Source: an uncultured Clostridia bacterium (GTDB lineage: Bacteria; Bacillota; Clostridia; Christensenellales; CAG-314). From it: 59,083 bases of DNA. Location: contig CANQGD010000005.1 of assembly GCA_947601445.1 (NCBI GenBank), positions 1 through 59,083 on the forward strand, read 5' to 3'. The translations under genes were made by a program, and so were the position numbers. The notes under the pieces are model-generated. The model did no database searches. It was not told the DNA's origin and worked only from the letters and a program-made list of their open reading frames with translations. Below, piece after piece: positions 9,000 to 19,258 of this stretch (the stretch's first letter is position 1; the number at the start of each line of letters is the position of its first letter).

Positions 9000-9025
9000 A
9001 AACGCCCTTAGTAGGGCGTTTTTTT
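9000..9025 (+). terminator. Intrinsic terminator
   Basis: AAACGCCCT/AGGGCGTTT stem plus T-tract. Confidence 0.75.
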
Positions 9026-9092
9026 CAATTCGAAACTTTTTTATCTGAAAACAAGCGACAAACAACTGTTTTAAGTCGTGTTTTCCTTCTCC

Positions 9093-10208
9093 TCAAACGG
9101 GTTTCGGTCCGTTGAACGTATAGTAACTGCATTTTATGCCGGCATTGTAAATATACCGTTTTTTATCCGCGCGACGACCGAACTGCCGCTCGAAATCGGG
9201 CAATGGGGAAAGAAAATAAAAATTCCAATTGTCGAGAGTGCGATATAGTTTGCCCATATCCCTTGCGGTCTGCCTTGCCTCCTCTTTGTCGCCGAGACGT
9301 TCGCCGTAAGGAGGATTGGACACGTTTACGGCATAGCTGCTGTTGCTTACAAAGTCTTGCGCTTTACGCAAATTGAATTTAATGCAGTGAGCAACTCCCG
9401 CTCGTTCGGCATGGAAACGGGCTATTTCGACGGCATACTTGTTTACATCGCCCCCGATAATTTCCAATTTGCGTTCCACGCGCGCGTCGCGCGCTTCCTC
9501 CGCCGCTGACTTTGCGGCATTTGCATCGACACAACACCACTGCTCGTAAGCAAAATGACGGTTCAACCCCGGCGCAATGCGCAATGCTTTCAAAGCCGCT
9601 TCTATGGGCAGCGTACCGCTGCCGCAAAACAAATCCGTAAACGTTTTGTCCGGATTCCATACCGTCAAATCGATAAGGGCAGCCGCAGTTGTCTCCTTTA
9701 ACGGAGCGTCATAGGGCATTGTGCGGTATCCGCGCTTGTGCAACCCCACTCCCGTTGTATCCAGATTGACGGAACATACGTTGTGGGTAATATCCAATTC
9801 TACGCGATATTCGGCGCCGTTTTCCGCAAGAAACCCGTACTTGGGGACAAGAACGTTTACTATCGCCTTTTTTCCAACCGATTGAATGGAATGATGTGCA
9901 AACAACTTGCTATCGACGCTTTTGGTAACTACGATTATGCGACCGCAACGATCTATCCAATCACACCAACAAATACGCGAAATGCCGTCGTAAAGCGCGT
10001 CAAAGTCGGGCACGTTAAATTCGGCAAGATTGATAAGCACTCTCTCACCGCTGCGCAAAAACATATTCAACCGCGCGACATCCGTCCAAGTACAGTTTTC
10101 CACCGCAATGCGACCGTTGACTGCGCGCGTATTCGGATAACCCAAAACGTCAAGCTGACGTTTTACCACCGCTTCGATACCGGCGGCAGCGGGAACAAGC
10201 AATTTCAT
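9093..10208 (-). CDS. THUMP-domain RNA methyltransferase (RlmL/YpsC family)
   Basis: GLHKRGYR, APLKETTAAA, DLFCGSGT and NPPYGERL motifs. Confidence 0.9.
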   Translation of the reverse strand: MKLLVPAAAGIEAVVKRQLDVLGYPNTRAVNGRIAVENCTWTDVARLNMFLRSGERVLINLAEFNVPDFDALYDGISRICWCDWIDRCGRIIVVTKSVDSKLFAHHSIQSVGKKAIVNVLVPKYGFLAENGAEYRVELDITHNVCSVNLDTTGVGLHKRGYRTMPYDAPLKETTAAALIDLTVWNPDKTFTDLFCGSGTLPIEAALKALRIAPGLNRHFAYEQWCCVDANAAKSAAEEARDARVERKLEIIGGDVNKYAVEIARFHAERAGVAHCIKFNLRKAQDFVSNSSYAVNVSNPPYGERLGDKEEARQTARDMGKLYRTLDNWNFYFLSPLPDFERQFGRRADKKRYIYNAGIKCSYYTFNGPKPV

Positions 10209-10297
10209 AAACTTATTTTAACATAACTTTTTGTTTTTGAAAACAGCGTTTATACAATTGAGCAACAAAAAAGACGGTTTTACCCGTCTTGTAAAAA

Positions 10298-10936
10298 CTA
10301 TTTTACAACCTTGCGAACAACCTTTACGGCAGCTATCAAACAACCGCGCAAAAGCAGATCATACAAGGGCGGCACAAGCTGAGCCAAACCGACCGTCAAC
10401 CAAAACAGCCACATTTCGGAAAACAGTCTGTCCAATACGCCCGGAGTCATTGCCCAAGTCAAAACAAAAGTCAAAGCCACCGACGCTTCCAACAGAATGT
10501 AGTAAAGTATCCACTTTACCAATCGGCTGAGATAGGGTTTGCCCTTCAATTCCAATCGCACCACCGTCGCGCCTTCTTCTCCTTCAAACGGACTGTCGAG
10601 AGTCTCCGTACTTTCTTTTCGCGAGGTTATCTTGAATGATTCTCCGCGTACTTTGACAACGGCAAATGGCACGCAAAACAGTGCAATGGGGGCGACTGCG
10701 ACAATGTTTCCCACAAATATACCGCTGATAGCAGCCACAGTGAGCGAGGCAAAATAGGTCAACAGCGAATAGCCGAGATTTCTGCCGTCTACAAGCATAG
10801 GCAGGACCGTAGCCACCGCCGCCATTACCCCGAAAATCAGTGCGGCAAAGGGCAAAACGGACGTCAACAACATAGCGACGCAGGATATTGCGCCGCATAC
10901 GCCGCTCAACGCTATGTTACGGGCGGAGGCTTTCAT
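10298..10936 (-). CDS. Uncharacterised multi-pass membrane protein
   Basis: ATG overlaps the TGA of the J-domain gene; about 6 hydrophobic segments. Confidence 0.75.
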   Translation of the reverse strand: MKASARNIALSGVCGAISCVAMLLTSVLPFAALIFGVMAAVATVLPMLVDGRNLGYSLLTYFASLTVAAISGIFVGNIVAVAPIALFCVPFAVVKVRGESFKITSRKESTETLDSPFEGEEGATVVRLELKGKPYLSRLVKWILYYILLEASVALTFVLTWAMTPGVLDRLFSEMWLFWLTVGLAQLVPPLYDLLLRGCLIAAVKVVRKVVK

Positions 10937-11559
10937 CAGCAGCCTTGTCCCATACATTGACAGCAATTGCAGCACGCATTGCAAAGCAAGCAATCGGCGC
11001 AAGCGCTGCCCGTACACGTTCCGTTGCCTGCGCCAACGCGAGGTCCGTCGTCAACGGGGCGCGATGTGGACCGCAATTGATCCGGACTTATTGTGTTTGA
11101 CGCCAATATTTTGGTCAATTTTTCCAAGCTCTGTTTGTAACGCGCGTTGTTCGGCTCCATTTCACAGGCAAGCTCCAATTGACGTTTGCTTTCCAAAAAC
11201 CAATTTCGCTTGTAAAACAAAATAGACTGAATATAGTGCCACTCTGCGTCACGGGTTACGCGCTCATCCAATTTGGTTTGAGCCTCGTCCAATTTGCCGT
11301 CGGTTATCAATTGTTGAATGACGGTATAATCGGCGTCGTCGCGAGTTTCCGTAGTCTGTTGTTGCTCCTTTCGCTCCGTCATAATGTCACGATAGGCAAC
11401 TTCCAATTGTTGAAGTTTTTCGGAGGCTTCTTCTCCCGCGTCTCCAACTTGAAACCTGTCCTTTTGATATTGCGCTTTAAGCTCGTTGTAGCGAGCGTCA
11501 ATTTCCTCTTGGGTGGCAGATTCCGTCAATCCCAATATTTCGTATGCGTTGTAAATCAT
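10936..11559 (-). CDS. J-domain-like/TPR protein with a cysteine-rich C-terminal tail
   Basis: NAYEILGL...ATQEEI...AY J-fold signature with HPD replaced by QKD; TPR-like AEWHY...EPNN; 10 Cys in the last 26 aa. Start set at ATG 11559 after GGAGA. Confidence 0.8.
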   Translation of the reverse strand: MIYNAYEILGLTESATQEEIDARYNELKAQYQKDRFQVGDAGEEASEKLQQLEVAYRDIMTERKEQQQTTETRDDADYTVIQQLITDGKLDEAQTKLDERVTRDAEWHYIQSILFYKRNWFLESKRQLELACEMEPNNARYKQSLEKLTKILASNTISPDQLRSTSRPVDDGPRVGAGNGTCTGSACADCLLCNACCNCCQCMGQGC

Positions 11560-11676
11560 TTCTTCTCCGTAATTATTGTTGAATTTGCCCGTCATTGTTT
11601 ACGACGGTATTTTATTCCGCGGCGCTTTGTTCAAAGCGACGGAGAAAAGTCCGTTTTTTTACTATGTCGCAAGCGT

Positions 11677-12561
11677 TTACGCTCTGTCGACGCTTGACCG
11701 CTTGACGTCACAAGAAGGTTTGTAACGTTCAAGTACCTGATTTGTCTTGTCGCGGATACTTTCAAATAAAACATTTTTCAGTATACAGGTATACAAATCG
11801 AGATTCAAATCATTGTAACTCATCGCCACTCGGTTGAGCACGGCGAACATCACAAATTGCAACTCGTCGAATTTTAACGACAATTGTTTTCTGTCGGAAG
11901 TGCCGTAACACGCCGCAAACGGATTGTAGTTGCCTTTGTCGGCATCCTTTTCCACATCGTCCAATGCGTCGATAAGGTAAATCCATTTTCCCAAGTTGTA
12001 ACAAAGATTCTTCACGCGTTCGTCAGCGTCCGTTTCGAGAATCTGCTCGGCAAATTGCATTGTAAGCTGCGCAAAGCAATGGGATACCATATCGATATTG
12101 GCATTGTTTTGCATTTCCATTCGACGCAGTTCCGCATATCTCTCGGATAACATAACGTCCATTTCGGGCAATATGTTTTTTGCCTCTATATACGGTTTTT
12201 TCAGTGCCCGAAACGCCGTTTTCTTCTTGACGTTGCCGCCGTCCACCACATCGTCGTAAAGATTCCAATATGTAAGAAGCACATTCGCCGCCGCCATTTT
12301 GTCGGCAAGTTCCGTTTGCTCTGCAACGGTACGTTTTTTAAAGGGGTGACTGAAACACCTGCGATATTCGAGGTTTATGTCCTTGCCCCTTATGCTGTGA
12401 AACAATACGTTGAAAAAATTTACGTCGTTGGAAATAAACAAACGCGGCACATTGCCGAATTGTCTCTTGGTGGAAAAACACATTCCGCACATAAACGTTT
12501 GCCACAGTCCGCGTTTACCCTCTTCGAGTTTGTCCTTTTCGATGTCCAAATATCCAAACAT
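11677..12561 (-). CDS. DUF5685-family protein
   Basis: MFGY start, CGMC, C-x-x-HP, YDDVVD and GKWIYLIDALDD motifs, recognised as typical of this family. Confidence 0.75.
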   Translation of the reverse strand: MFGYLDIEKDKLEEGKRGLWQTFMCGMCFSTKRQFGNVPRLFISNDVNFFNVLFHSIRGKDINLEYRRCFSHPFKKRTVAEQTELADKMAAANVLLTYWNLYDDVVDGGNVKKKTAFRALKKPYIEAKNILPEMDVMLSERYAELRRMEMQNNANIDMVSHCFAQLTMQFAEQILETDADERVKNLCYNLGKWIYLIDALDDVEKDADKGNYNPFAACYGTSDRKQLSLKFDELQFVMFAVLNRVAMSYNDLNLDLYTCILKNVLFESIRDKTNQVLERYKPSCDVKRSSVDRA

Positions 12562-13577
12562 TAGCGAATTTTCGGGATCAATCCCACTTTACGGTACACT
12601 TTGGAAAGCGTTTTTTGAGCAATACAACTTGCTTTTTCCGCACCGTCTTTAAGTACGGATTCAAGATAACTCTTGTCTGCAAGCAATCGTTTTTGTTCTG
12701 CCTGTATGGGCTGTAAAACCGAAATAACGACGTCGGCAACGGCGTCCTTGAAAGTTCCGTAACCCTTGCCCTCAAACAAACGCTCCGCTTCGGCAACAGT
12801 CGTACCGCTCATCAACGAATAGATGTTCAAAAGATTGCTCACGCCCGGCTTGTTTGCGCTGTGATGTACGCAATGAACGTCGGTATCGCTGTCGGTAACC
12901 GCACGTCTCAATTTACGACGAATCGCGTCGGCGTCGTCGGTTAAAGACAGAACGGCGTTGTCGTTGGGATCGGATTTGGACATCTTTGCCGTGGGCTCCT
13001 GCAAACTTTTGATACTGCTTCCCGTCTTGGAAACGAGACACTCCGGTACAACAAACGTATCGGAATAGCGAGCGTTGAAGCGTTCGGCAATATCGCGAGT
13101 AAGTTCTACGTGCTGAACTTGATCTTTACCCACCGGCACATATTGAGTTTGATATAACAATATGTCGCTTGCCATCAATACTGGGTAGTTCATCAAACCC
13201 ATATTGATGTTGTCCGCATGCTTTCTCGACTTATCTTTAAACTGCGTCATGCGGTTCAGCTCTCCCACATAAGCAACCGTATCGAGAATCCAGGCGAGTT
13301 CCGCATGCTCGTGAACATGCGACTGAATAAACAGCGCGCTCTTATTCGGATCCAATCCGCATGCAATATAAAGCGCCACAAGATCCAACGTGTTTTTGCG
13401 CAACTCCGCAGGTACTTGTGCAACCGTCAACGAATGTAAATCAACTACACAAAACAGGCAGTCGTACTGCTCTTGCAACGGCGTCCAATTGCGAATAGCT
13501 CCGAGATAGTTACCCAAGGTTATTTTACCCGTGGGTTGCACGCCGGAAAATACTCTTTTTTTTGCCTCTTCTGCCAT
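12561..13577 (-). CDS. trpS: Tryptophan--tRNA ligase
   Basis: FSGVQPTG, TLGNYLGA, VPVGKDQVQH and KMSKS motifs; start set at ATG 13577 after GAGG. Confidence 0.97.
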   Translation of the reverse strand: MAEEAKKRVFSGVQPTGKITLGNYLGAIRNWTPLQEQYDCLFCVVDLHSLTVAQVPAELRKNTLDLVALYIACGLDPNKSALFIQSHVHEHAELAWILDTVAYVGELNRMTQFKDKSRKHADNINMGLMNYPVLMASDILLYQTQYVPVGKDQVQHVELTRDIAERFNARYSDTFVVPECLVSKTGSSIKSLQEPTAKMSKSDPNDNAVLSLTDDADAIRRKLRRAVTDSDTDVHCVHHSANKPGVSNLLNIYSLMSGTTVAEAERLFEGKGYGTFKDAVADVVISVLQPIQAEQKRLLADKSYLESVLKDGAEKASCIAQKTLSKVYRKVGLIPKIR

Positions 13578-13608
13578 AAAGTACCTCTTGCCCATTATAG
13601 TATTATTC

Positions 13609-13637
13609 AGTATACCATTGCCGAACGGCTTTGTCAA
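13609..13637 (-). promoter_or_regulatory. sigmaA promoter of the trpS operon
   Basis: TTGACA-17-TATACT with extended -10 (TGG), about 30 nt before the start. Confidence 0.7.
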
Positions 13638-13763
13638 GAACATAGCGGAGCAGTGTATGCACGGATAAACAGAGTTTATTACCCTGCTGACAAAAACCGA
13701 GTCGATATGCCTCAATAATCACCCCTTTGTAAATATGCGGCGCACATAAAATCATTTACGTAC

Positions 13764-13802
13764 AAAACGAAAGCACCCGACTCAAATCGGGTGCTTCGTT
13801 TC
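13764..13802 (-). terminator. Intrinsic terminator
   Basis: AAGCACCCGA/TCGGGTGCTT stem after the lipoprotein gene. Confidence 0.7.
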
Positions 13803-13813
13803 AAAAGGAGTAT

Positions 13814-14245
13814 TTATTTGGTTTCTTCCGTGCTAAGTTCGATGTAAATCATCTTGCCGGATTTTTTAATATTGGAGCCCTTTTCAGCATGTTCTCTCAA
13901 TTTTTGGATAAAGGTACTGTCCCAAGCCTTATTTGCAGAAGCGCTATCCTTGAAATAATAGATAGTTACCGCCTGAAATTTGCCGTCTTGATTTCTTTGT
14001 CCGTTGACGGAAGCTATCAGCGAACCCGATTCGAGTCCCATTGTCGCGCCTGTTATGTCAAGCAAACCTTGCTGCACTTTGATAGCGCCTTCCGTTTCGC
14101 CTATAACTGCCTCTACCGTGTATCCGCTGTCCTGCAATTGGTCGCGCGCCTTTGCCGGGTCGGAAGGATAGCCGCATGCGGCAAACATGGTTATCGAAAA
14201 AATTGCAACAAGTGCAAGAGCCATTATAGTAATCGTTTTTTTCAT
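13814..14245 (-). CDS. Hypothetical lipoprotein
   Basis: Signal peptide II with lipobox FAAC; GGAGG SD. Confidence 0.8.
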   Translation of the reverse strand: MKKTITIMALALVAIFSITMFAACGYPSDPAKARDQLQDSGYTVEAVIGETEGAIKVQQGLLDITGATMGLESGSLIASVNGQRNQDGKFQAVTIYYFKDSASANKAWDSTFIQKLREHAEKGSNIKKSGKMIYIELSTEETK

Positions 14246-14353
14246 TGTTTTTTTTACCTCCGAAAATTCGTCACTTACATTTTAACATTTTTACGAAATT
14301 TGTCAATAACGCGGGCGTTGAATGTTGCAAAAAATTTTCACTTTTGTTTAATA

Positions 14354-15259
14354 TCACGATTTAAGCAGAGAAAAATATCTGTCGTCGCCGTCAGGGAAAA
14401 AGGTTACGATGTTTTTTCCTTTGTAACTTTCCTCCTGCGCCAAACGAGTTGCAACCGCGATATTTGCCGCTGAGGAGATACCGCAACTGTAACCCTGTTT
14501 GAGGTTTAGCAATCTGAAAAAATCCAACGCCTCTTCATCCGTAACCAATTCCACTCGATTGACAAAATTGCCGTCGTAAAGAGCGGGAACAAATCCTGCG
14601 CCGATACCGTAAATTTTGTGTAAACCTTGTTTTCCCCGTGAAATAACGGGACTGTTTGCAGGCTCTGCCGCCACTATTTCCAACTGAGGAAATTTTTCAC
14701 GCAGTTTTCTTCCTGTACCCATCAGGGTGCCGCCCGTGCCTACGCCCGCGATCAATACGTCTACTCGGTCCAACTGATTGATAATTTCCTCGCCCGTGGA
14801 CAAATAGTGCGCGGTTGCATTTGCGGGATTGTCAAATTGATTGAGCCAAATATGTCCTTTAACGTACGCATATTGTTCCGCCGCGCCCATTGCGCCTTTC
14901 AAGCCCAAATCGCTCTCGGTGAATATCACTTGCGCGCCCAAACCCCTGATCAACTCGATAAATTCCTCGGGAGAGTTTTTCGGCATGGCGATAAGCACTT
15001 TGTAACCGCGTCTTGCGCTCACGTAGGCAAGGGATACGCCCGTATTTCCGCATGAGGCTTCAACTATCGTATCTCCTTTATGCAAAATGCCCCTTTCCTC
15101 GGCGTCAAGAATCATGCCGAGCACGGACCTGTCCTTTATGCTACCACCGACATTCATCGTTTCGTTTTTTACATATATATCTGCGTCGAAATCCTCTTCG
15201 TATGGGATTAACGGCGTGTTGCCTATACCCAACGGAAGCGCATTTTTGTAAAAATCCAT
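14354..15259 (-). CDS. cysK: Cysteine synthase (PLP-dependent, CysK/M family)
   Basis: IGNTPL, GGSIKDR (PLP lysine), GNTG, NQFDNPAN, GVGTGGT and GIGAGF motifs; start ATG 15259. Confidence 0.85.
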   Translation of the reverse strand: MDFYKNALPLGIGNTPLIPYEEDFDADIYVKNETMNVGGSIKDRSVLGMILDAEERGILHKGDTIVEASCGNTGVSLAYVSARRGYKVLIAMPKNSPEEFIELIRGLGAQVIFTESDLGLKGAMGAAEQYAYVKGHIWLNQFDNPANATAHYLSTGEEIINQLDRVDVLIAGVGTGGTLMGTGRKLREKFPQLEIVAAEPANSPVISRGKQGLHKIYGIGAGFVPALYDGNFVNRVELVTDEEALDFFRLLNLKQGYSCGISSAANIAVATRLAQEESYKGKNIVTFFPDGDDRYFSLLKS

Positions 15260-15448
15260 ATCTACTCCATAGAAAATGATTTGAAAGCGACGGCTGACGC
15301 AAAACGATTTTTTGACATTTAGCCCGTACGTTGTTTGCCGCGACTTTCGCCGCGGCGACAGCTCCGCCACGAAAACTTTCGTTGCGAAAACGGTTTGCTA
15401 TCGACAAGTTGATCGTCGCAACAGAGCGTCCGCAAAAAGTTTGAGCGA

Positions 15449-17878
15449 CTAAACTATCAAATTTACCAGCCTGCCCGGAATAACTATCGCTTTTTTGACT
15501 GTTGCGCCGCCAAGAGCCTCTTTCACGCTTGCGTTGTCCGTAACAAACGCTTCGAGTTCCTTTGCGGAAAGAGTTGCGTCAACCATAAGACGTACTTTCG
15601 GACGGGAATTTATTTGTATCAAAATCTCCGTTTCGCTAACTTTAAGGGCGCGTTCGTCATACTTCGGGAATGAAGACACTACAATACTTCCCGTATGTCC
15701 CGTTTGTTGCCACAATTCCTCGCAAAAATGCGGCGCTAACGGACACAGTATTTTTAATAAATCGTCCACCGTTTCGCGGTATAATTTGGAATTCTTTACG
15801 TTTAGTTTGTCGTATTTGCCGAGAGCGTTGACCAACTCCATCATACGCGCCACCGCAGTATTGAACGAAAACGCGGGATAATCCTCGTCCACCGCCTTGA
15901 TAGTGGCGTGATGCACTCGGTTGAGTTCTTTCTCGTCGTGACCTTGCGTATCGGTGGAAGGATAATCTTCATAAGCCGCCAATACGCTTCTCTCAACGCG
16001 ATCCAACCATTTGTTGATAGCCTTGATTCCGTCCTCCGACCAAGGACCGCCTTCGACATAACGGAATCCGAATGCAAGATAGCACCGGAATACGTCCGCG
16101 CCGTAGGTACCGACATAGTCGTCGGGAGACACCACGTTTCCGTGAGACTTGCTCATTCTGTTGCCGTCGGGACCGAGAATGACGCCCTGATGCACCAAAG
16201 ATTTGAAAGGTTCGTCGAAGTGCAAATAGCCCATATCGCGAAGCGCTTTGGTAATAAATCGCGCATACAGCAAGTGCATACAGGCGTGTTCCGCACCGCC
16301 CACATATTTATCTACGGGCAGCATTTTGTCTATCCACTCGGTGTCGAAAGGCTTGTCGCAATTGTGCGCGTCGGGATACCTGAGATAATACCAACTGCTG
16401 CACACAAACGTATCCAATGTGTCGGGATCGCGCGTTGCGGGCGCGCCGCATTTGGGACAGCGCACATCGTGAATAAATTTGTCGTGCTTTGCAAGAGGAC
16501 TTGTGCCGTCGGGACGGAATTCCACGTCGTAAGGCAGCAACACAGGTAAATTTTCATCCAATACTTCTCCGCAATGCGGACAATATATGATGGGTATTGG
16601 CGCTCCCCAATAGCGTTGACGGGACACAAGCCAATCTCTCAGCCGATAGTTTGTTTTAAGTTTTCCCGCACCCTTTTGTTCAAGTTTTTTCACAACGGCA
16701 ACCTTGCCCTGTTCGCTTGTAAGTCCGTCGAACTCCCCGCTGTCGCACATTACGCCGTAATCGCAAAAAGGAAGTCCGTCGTCCACGTCGGCAGAAGCGC
16801 CTTTTATTACGCGTTTTATTTTCAATCCGTGCTTTTGCGCAAATTTATAGTCGCGCGCGTCGTGAGCGGGCACACCCATTACCGCACCCGTACCGTAGCT
16901 GTTCAGTACGTAATCGCCGATCCAAACTTCCACTTTTTCTCCGTTTATAGGATTGACGGCATAGGCTCCGGTAAATACTCCCGTTTTTTCTTTGGCGGTG
17001 GAAAGTCTTTCTATTTCGTTTGTCTTTGCGACTTCATCGATGTAATCGCAAACTTGCTTGCGACATTCGGGCGTGGTAATACGTTCCACCAATTCGTGTT
17101 CGGGCGCAAGAACCACATACGTACACCCGAACAGCGTGTCGGCACGCGTGGTAAATACTTTGAAAGAACCTGATCCGTCAGCCAGATCGAAAGTAATCTC
17201 ACCGCCTTGGGACTTGCCGATCCAATTGCGCTGCATAGACTTGGTTTTTTCCGGCCAATCCAATGCGTCAAGACCTTGCAGCAATTCCTCGGCATATTCG
17301 GTAATCTTAAAAAACCATTGCGTCAAATCTTTTTTGACGACCTGACTGTCGCAACGTTCGCAGTGACCGTCCACCACCTGCTCGTTGGCAAGCACCGTGT
17401 TGCAGCTCGGACACCAATTGACGGGTGCCTTTTTACGGTAGGCGAGTCCGTGCTTGTACAATTGGGCGAAAATCCATTGCGTCCATTTGTAATACTCGGG
17501 CAGACAGGTTTTTATTTCATGATCCCAATCAAACATAGCGCCGATGTTTTTCAGTTGACCTTCCATTACCTCGATATTGTGCAACGTGCTGTCCTCGGGG
17601 TGAATACCCGTCTTGATGGCATAGTTTTCCGCAGGCAAACCGAAAGCGTCAAACCCCATGGGTTGAAATACGTTTTTACCTTTCATAACCTGATAACGCG
17701 CAAAACTGTCCGTCAGAGCATAGTTATACCAATGCCCAACATGCAACTTGCTGCCGCTGGGATAACTGAACATTTCCAGAACGTAATACTTGTTGTCTAC
17801 GTTGTTTTCGTCAAACTTGTATACTTGCCGTTCTTCCCAGATTTTATTCCATTTTTGTTCTACCGAAATCTTGTCCAT
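15449..17878 (-). CDS. leuS: Leucine--tRNA ligase
   Basis: MFSYPSG, HVGH, FTTRADT, SRQRYWG and RMSKS motifs. Confidence 0.97.
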   Translation of the reverse strand: MDKISVEQKWNKIWEERQVYKFDENNVDNKYYVLEMFSYPSGSKLHVGHWYNYALTDSFARYQVMKGKNVFQPMGFDAFGLPAENYAIKTGIHPEDSTLHNIEVMEGQLKNIGAMFDWDHEIKTCLPEYYKWTQWIFAQLYKHGLAYRKKAPVNWCPSCNTVLANEQVVDGHCERCDSQVVKKDLTQWFFKITEYAEELLQGLDALDWPEKTKSMQRNWIGKSQGGEITFDLADGSGSFKVFTTRADTLFGCTYVVLAPEHELVERITTPECRKQVCDYIDEVAKTNEIERLSTAKEKTGVFTGAYAVNPINGEKVEVWIGDYVLNSYGTGAVMGVPAHDARDYKFAQKHGLKIKRVIKGASADVDDGLPFCDYGVMCDSGEFDGLTSEQGKVAVVKKLEQKGAGKLKTNYRLRDWLVSRQRYWGAPIPIIYCPHCGEVLDENLPVLLPYDVEFRPDGTSPLAKHDKFIHDVRCPKCGAPATRDPDTLDTFVCSSWYYLRYPDAHNCDKPFDTEWIDKMLPVDKYVGGAEHACMHLLYARFITKALRDMGYLHFDEPFKSLVHQGVILGPDGNRMSKSHGNVVSPDDYVGTYGADVFRCYLAFGFRYVEGGPWSEDGIKAINKWLDRVERSVLAAYEDYPSTDTQGHDEKELNRVHHATIKAVDEDYPAFSFNTAVARMMELVNALGKYDKLNVKNSKLYRETVDDLLKILCPLAPHFCEELWQQTGHTGSIVVSSFPKYDERALKVSETEILIQINSRPKVRLMVDATLSAKELEAFVTDNASVKEALGGATVKKAIVIPGRLVNLIV

Positions 17879-18122
17879 GCCAACCTCTTATCAAATATAG
17901 TAAAATATACCTTAAATAAAATTGTAGTCCAACCTTGGCAAATTGTCAACCGCTTGCCGTCACTTGCAGCAGACTGTTTTGCTTGATAAAAAATCGATTT
18001 TATTTTTGTACAAATGTAAATTTTTGTCACTTTTTAATGATTTTTGACAATTTTTGTCGATATGGGCGAAAACGGAGGCAGAAAAATTCATTAAAAAGTG
18101 CAACTATTTTTGTAAAAAAGTG

Positions 18123-18151
18123 TTGTAATATGTAGAAGTTTGTGGTATTAT
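18123..18151 (+). promoter_or_regulatory. sigmaA promoter of the Spo0A-CTD gene
   Basis: TTGTAA-17-TATTAT with extended TG. Confidence 0.6.
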
Positions 18152-18179
18152 TAGTCTAACAAATTTAAGGAGGACCACT

Positions 18180-18620
18180 ATGAACGAGGGCAATAAAACA
18201 AATCGTTTTCTACGCGGTGAAGAATTGTATCAAAGTGTGATAGGTGACGGCACGGGCGACGTACAAACGCTCGTCGGGCAATTGTTGATAGGACTTGGCT
18301 TCAAAAGCAAGCTGATTGGTACTCCGTTTTTGAAGGAGGCAATAATCTACCGCTACGAAAAGACGGACATCGCGCACGTAAGTTACGCCAACGATGTGTA
18401 TGCTTGTGTTGCAAACAATCTGCACTCCACCGCGAACCGCGTGGAACGTGCCATTCGCAACACAATATACGACTGTGCGCAATGCGGAAATTTGAGCGCG
18501 TTCGATGAATTGTTGCACGGACGAGTATCCTCTCCGGGATATATACCTTCCAACATAGAGTTAATCAGCAGCATAGTTACCTGGTTGCAGTTGGAAAAAG
18601 AAAGAGGTCACGTCAAGTAA
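18180..18620 (+). CDS. Stand-alone Spo0A C-terminal (DNA-binding) domain protein
   Basis: LGFKSKLIGTPFLKEAI, TANRVERAIRNTI and PSNIELI match the Spo0A_C HTH; no receiver domain. Confidence 0.8.
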   Translation: MNEGNKTNRFLRGEELYQSVIGDGTGDVQTLVGQLLIGLGFKSKLIGTPFLKEAIIYRYEKTDIAHVSYANDVYACVANNLHSTANRVERAIRNTIYDCAQCGNLSAFDELLHGRVSSPGYIPSNIELISSIVTWLQLEKERGHVK

Positions 18621-18649
18621 CCTCCCTTTTGCGGCATCGGTACGTTAAA

Positions 18650-19258
18650 CTACGATTGTTTAAGCGCAACCGCTTTATCTGCATATTGTTGACATATACT
18701 TCCCAGCCAAATGACCAAAGAGGCAAAATCCGCAAATTCGGCGGAAGTTAAATCTTTTGTGACGGTTTCCTGCCCGTTTGGATAGTCGAAATACACCGTC
18801 ACGTCCGTTTCGCCGAATTGAACGGTTATTTCGCAAGGATTTTGCCCCGGCGCGGGATTTTTTTCATAAAGAGCTATCTCTATTTTATCCTCCGCACGGT
18901 AAACTTCACGCAATCTCCATCCGTTTGGCATAACCGAATCCCAAACGCTTTCCAGGCGTGTAGCGCGATAGTCCCGCTCAATTTCGGCAAACAGCGGAGA
19001 CTTTCCTTCTGCCGAAACCGTTTCGCGCAATTCGTTTCGTAAATTTCTGTCTTTTTTTGTCAAAAAGTAGGACAACAGCAGCATTGTTACGTCCACGGAA
19101 AGGCAAACAGGCAACCCTGCTATGAGCAGCAACGGCTCGCTTTGATAAATACCCAATCCCACCGCCAAAAAAATCAAAGAAACGCCTATGGCGCATAGCA
19201 TAGCTACGCCGACAGCCTTGACCTTTTTGTGAAATTTGTTGTAATCATTCTTGTTCAT
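18650..19258 (-). CDS. Hypothetical protein with two N-terminal TM helices
   Basis: 202-aa ORF overlapping the trxB stop codon (ATGA). Confidence 0.7.
   Translation of the reverse strand: MNKNDYNKFHKKVKAVGVAMLCAIGVSLIFLAVGLGIYQSEPLLLIAGLPVCLSVDVTMLLLSYFLTKKDRNLRNELRETVSAEGKSPLFAEIERDYRATRLESVWDSVMPNGWRLREVYRAEDKIEIALYEKNPAPGQNPCEITVQFGETDVTVYFDYPNGQETVTKDLTSAEFADFASLVIWLGSICQQYADKAVALKQS

Noticed and set aside
15260-15448. S-box or T-box upstream of cysK
   Set aside because: GC-rich hairpins are present but no consensus elements were recognisable.
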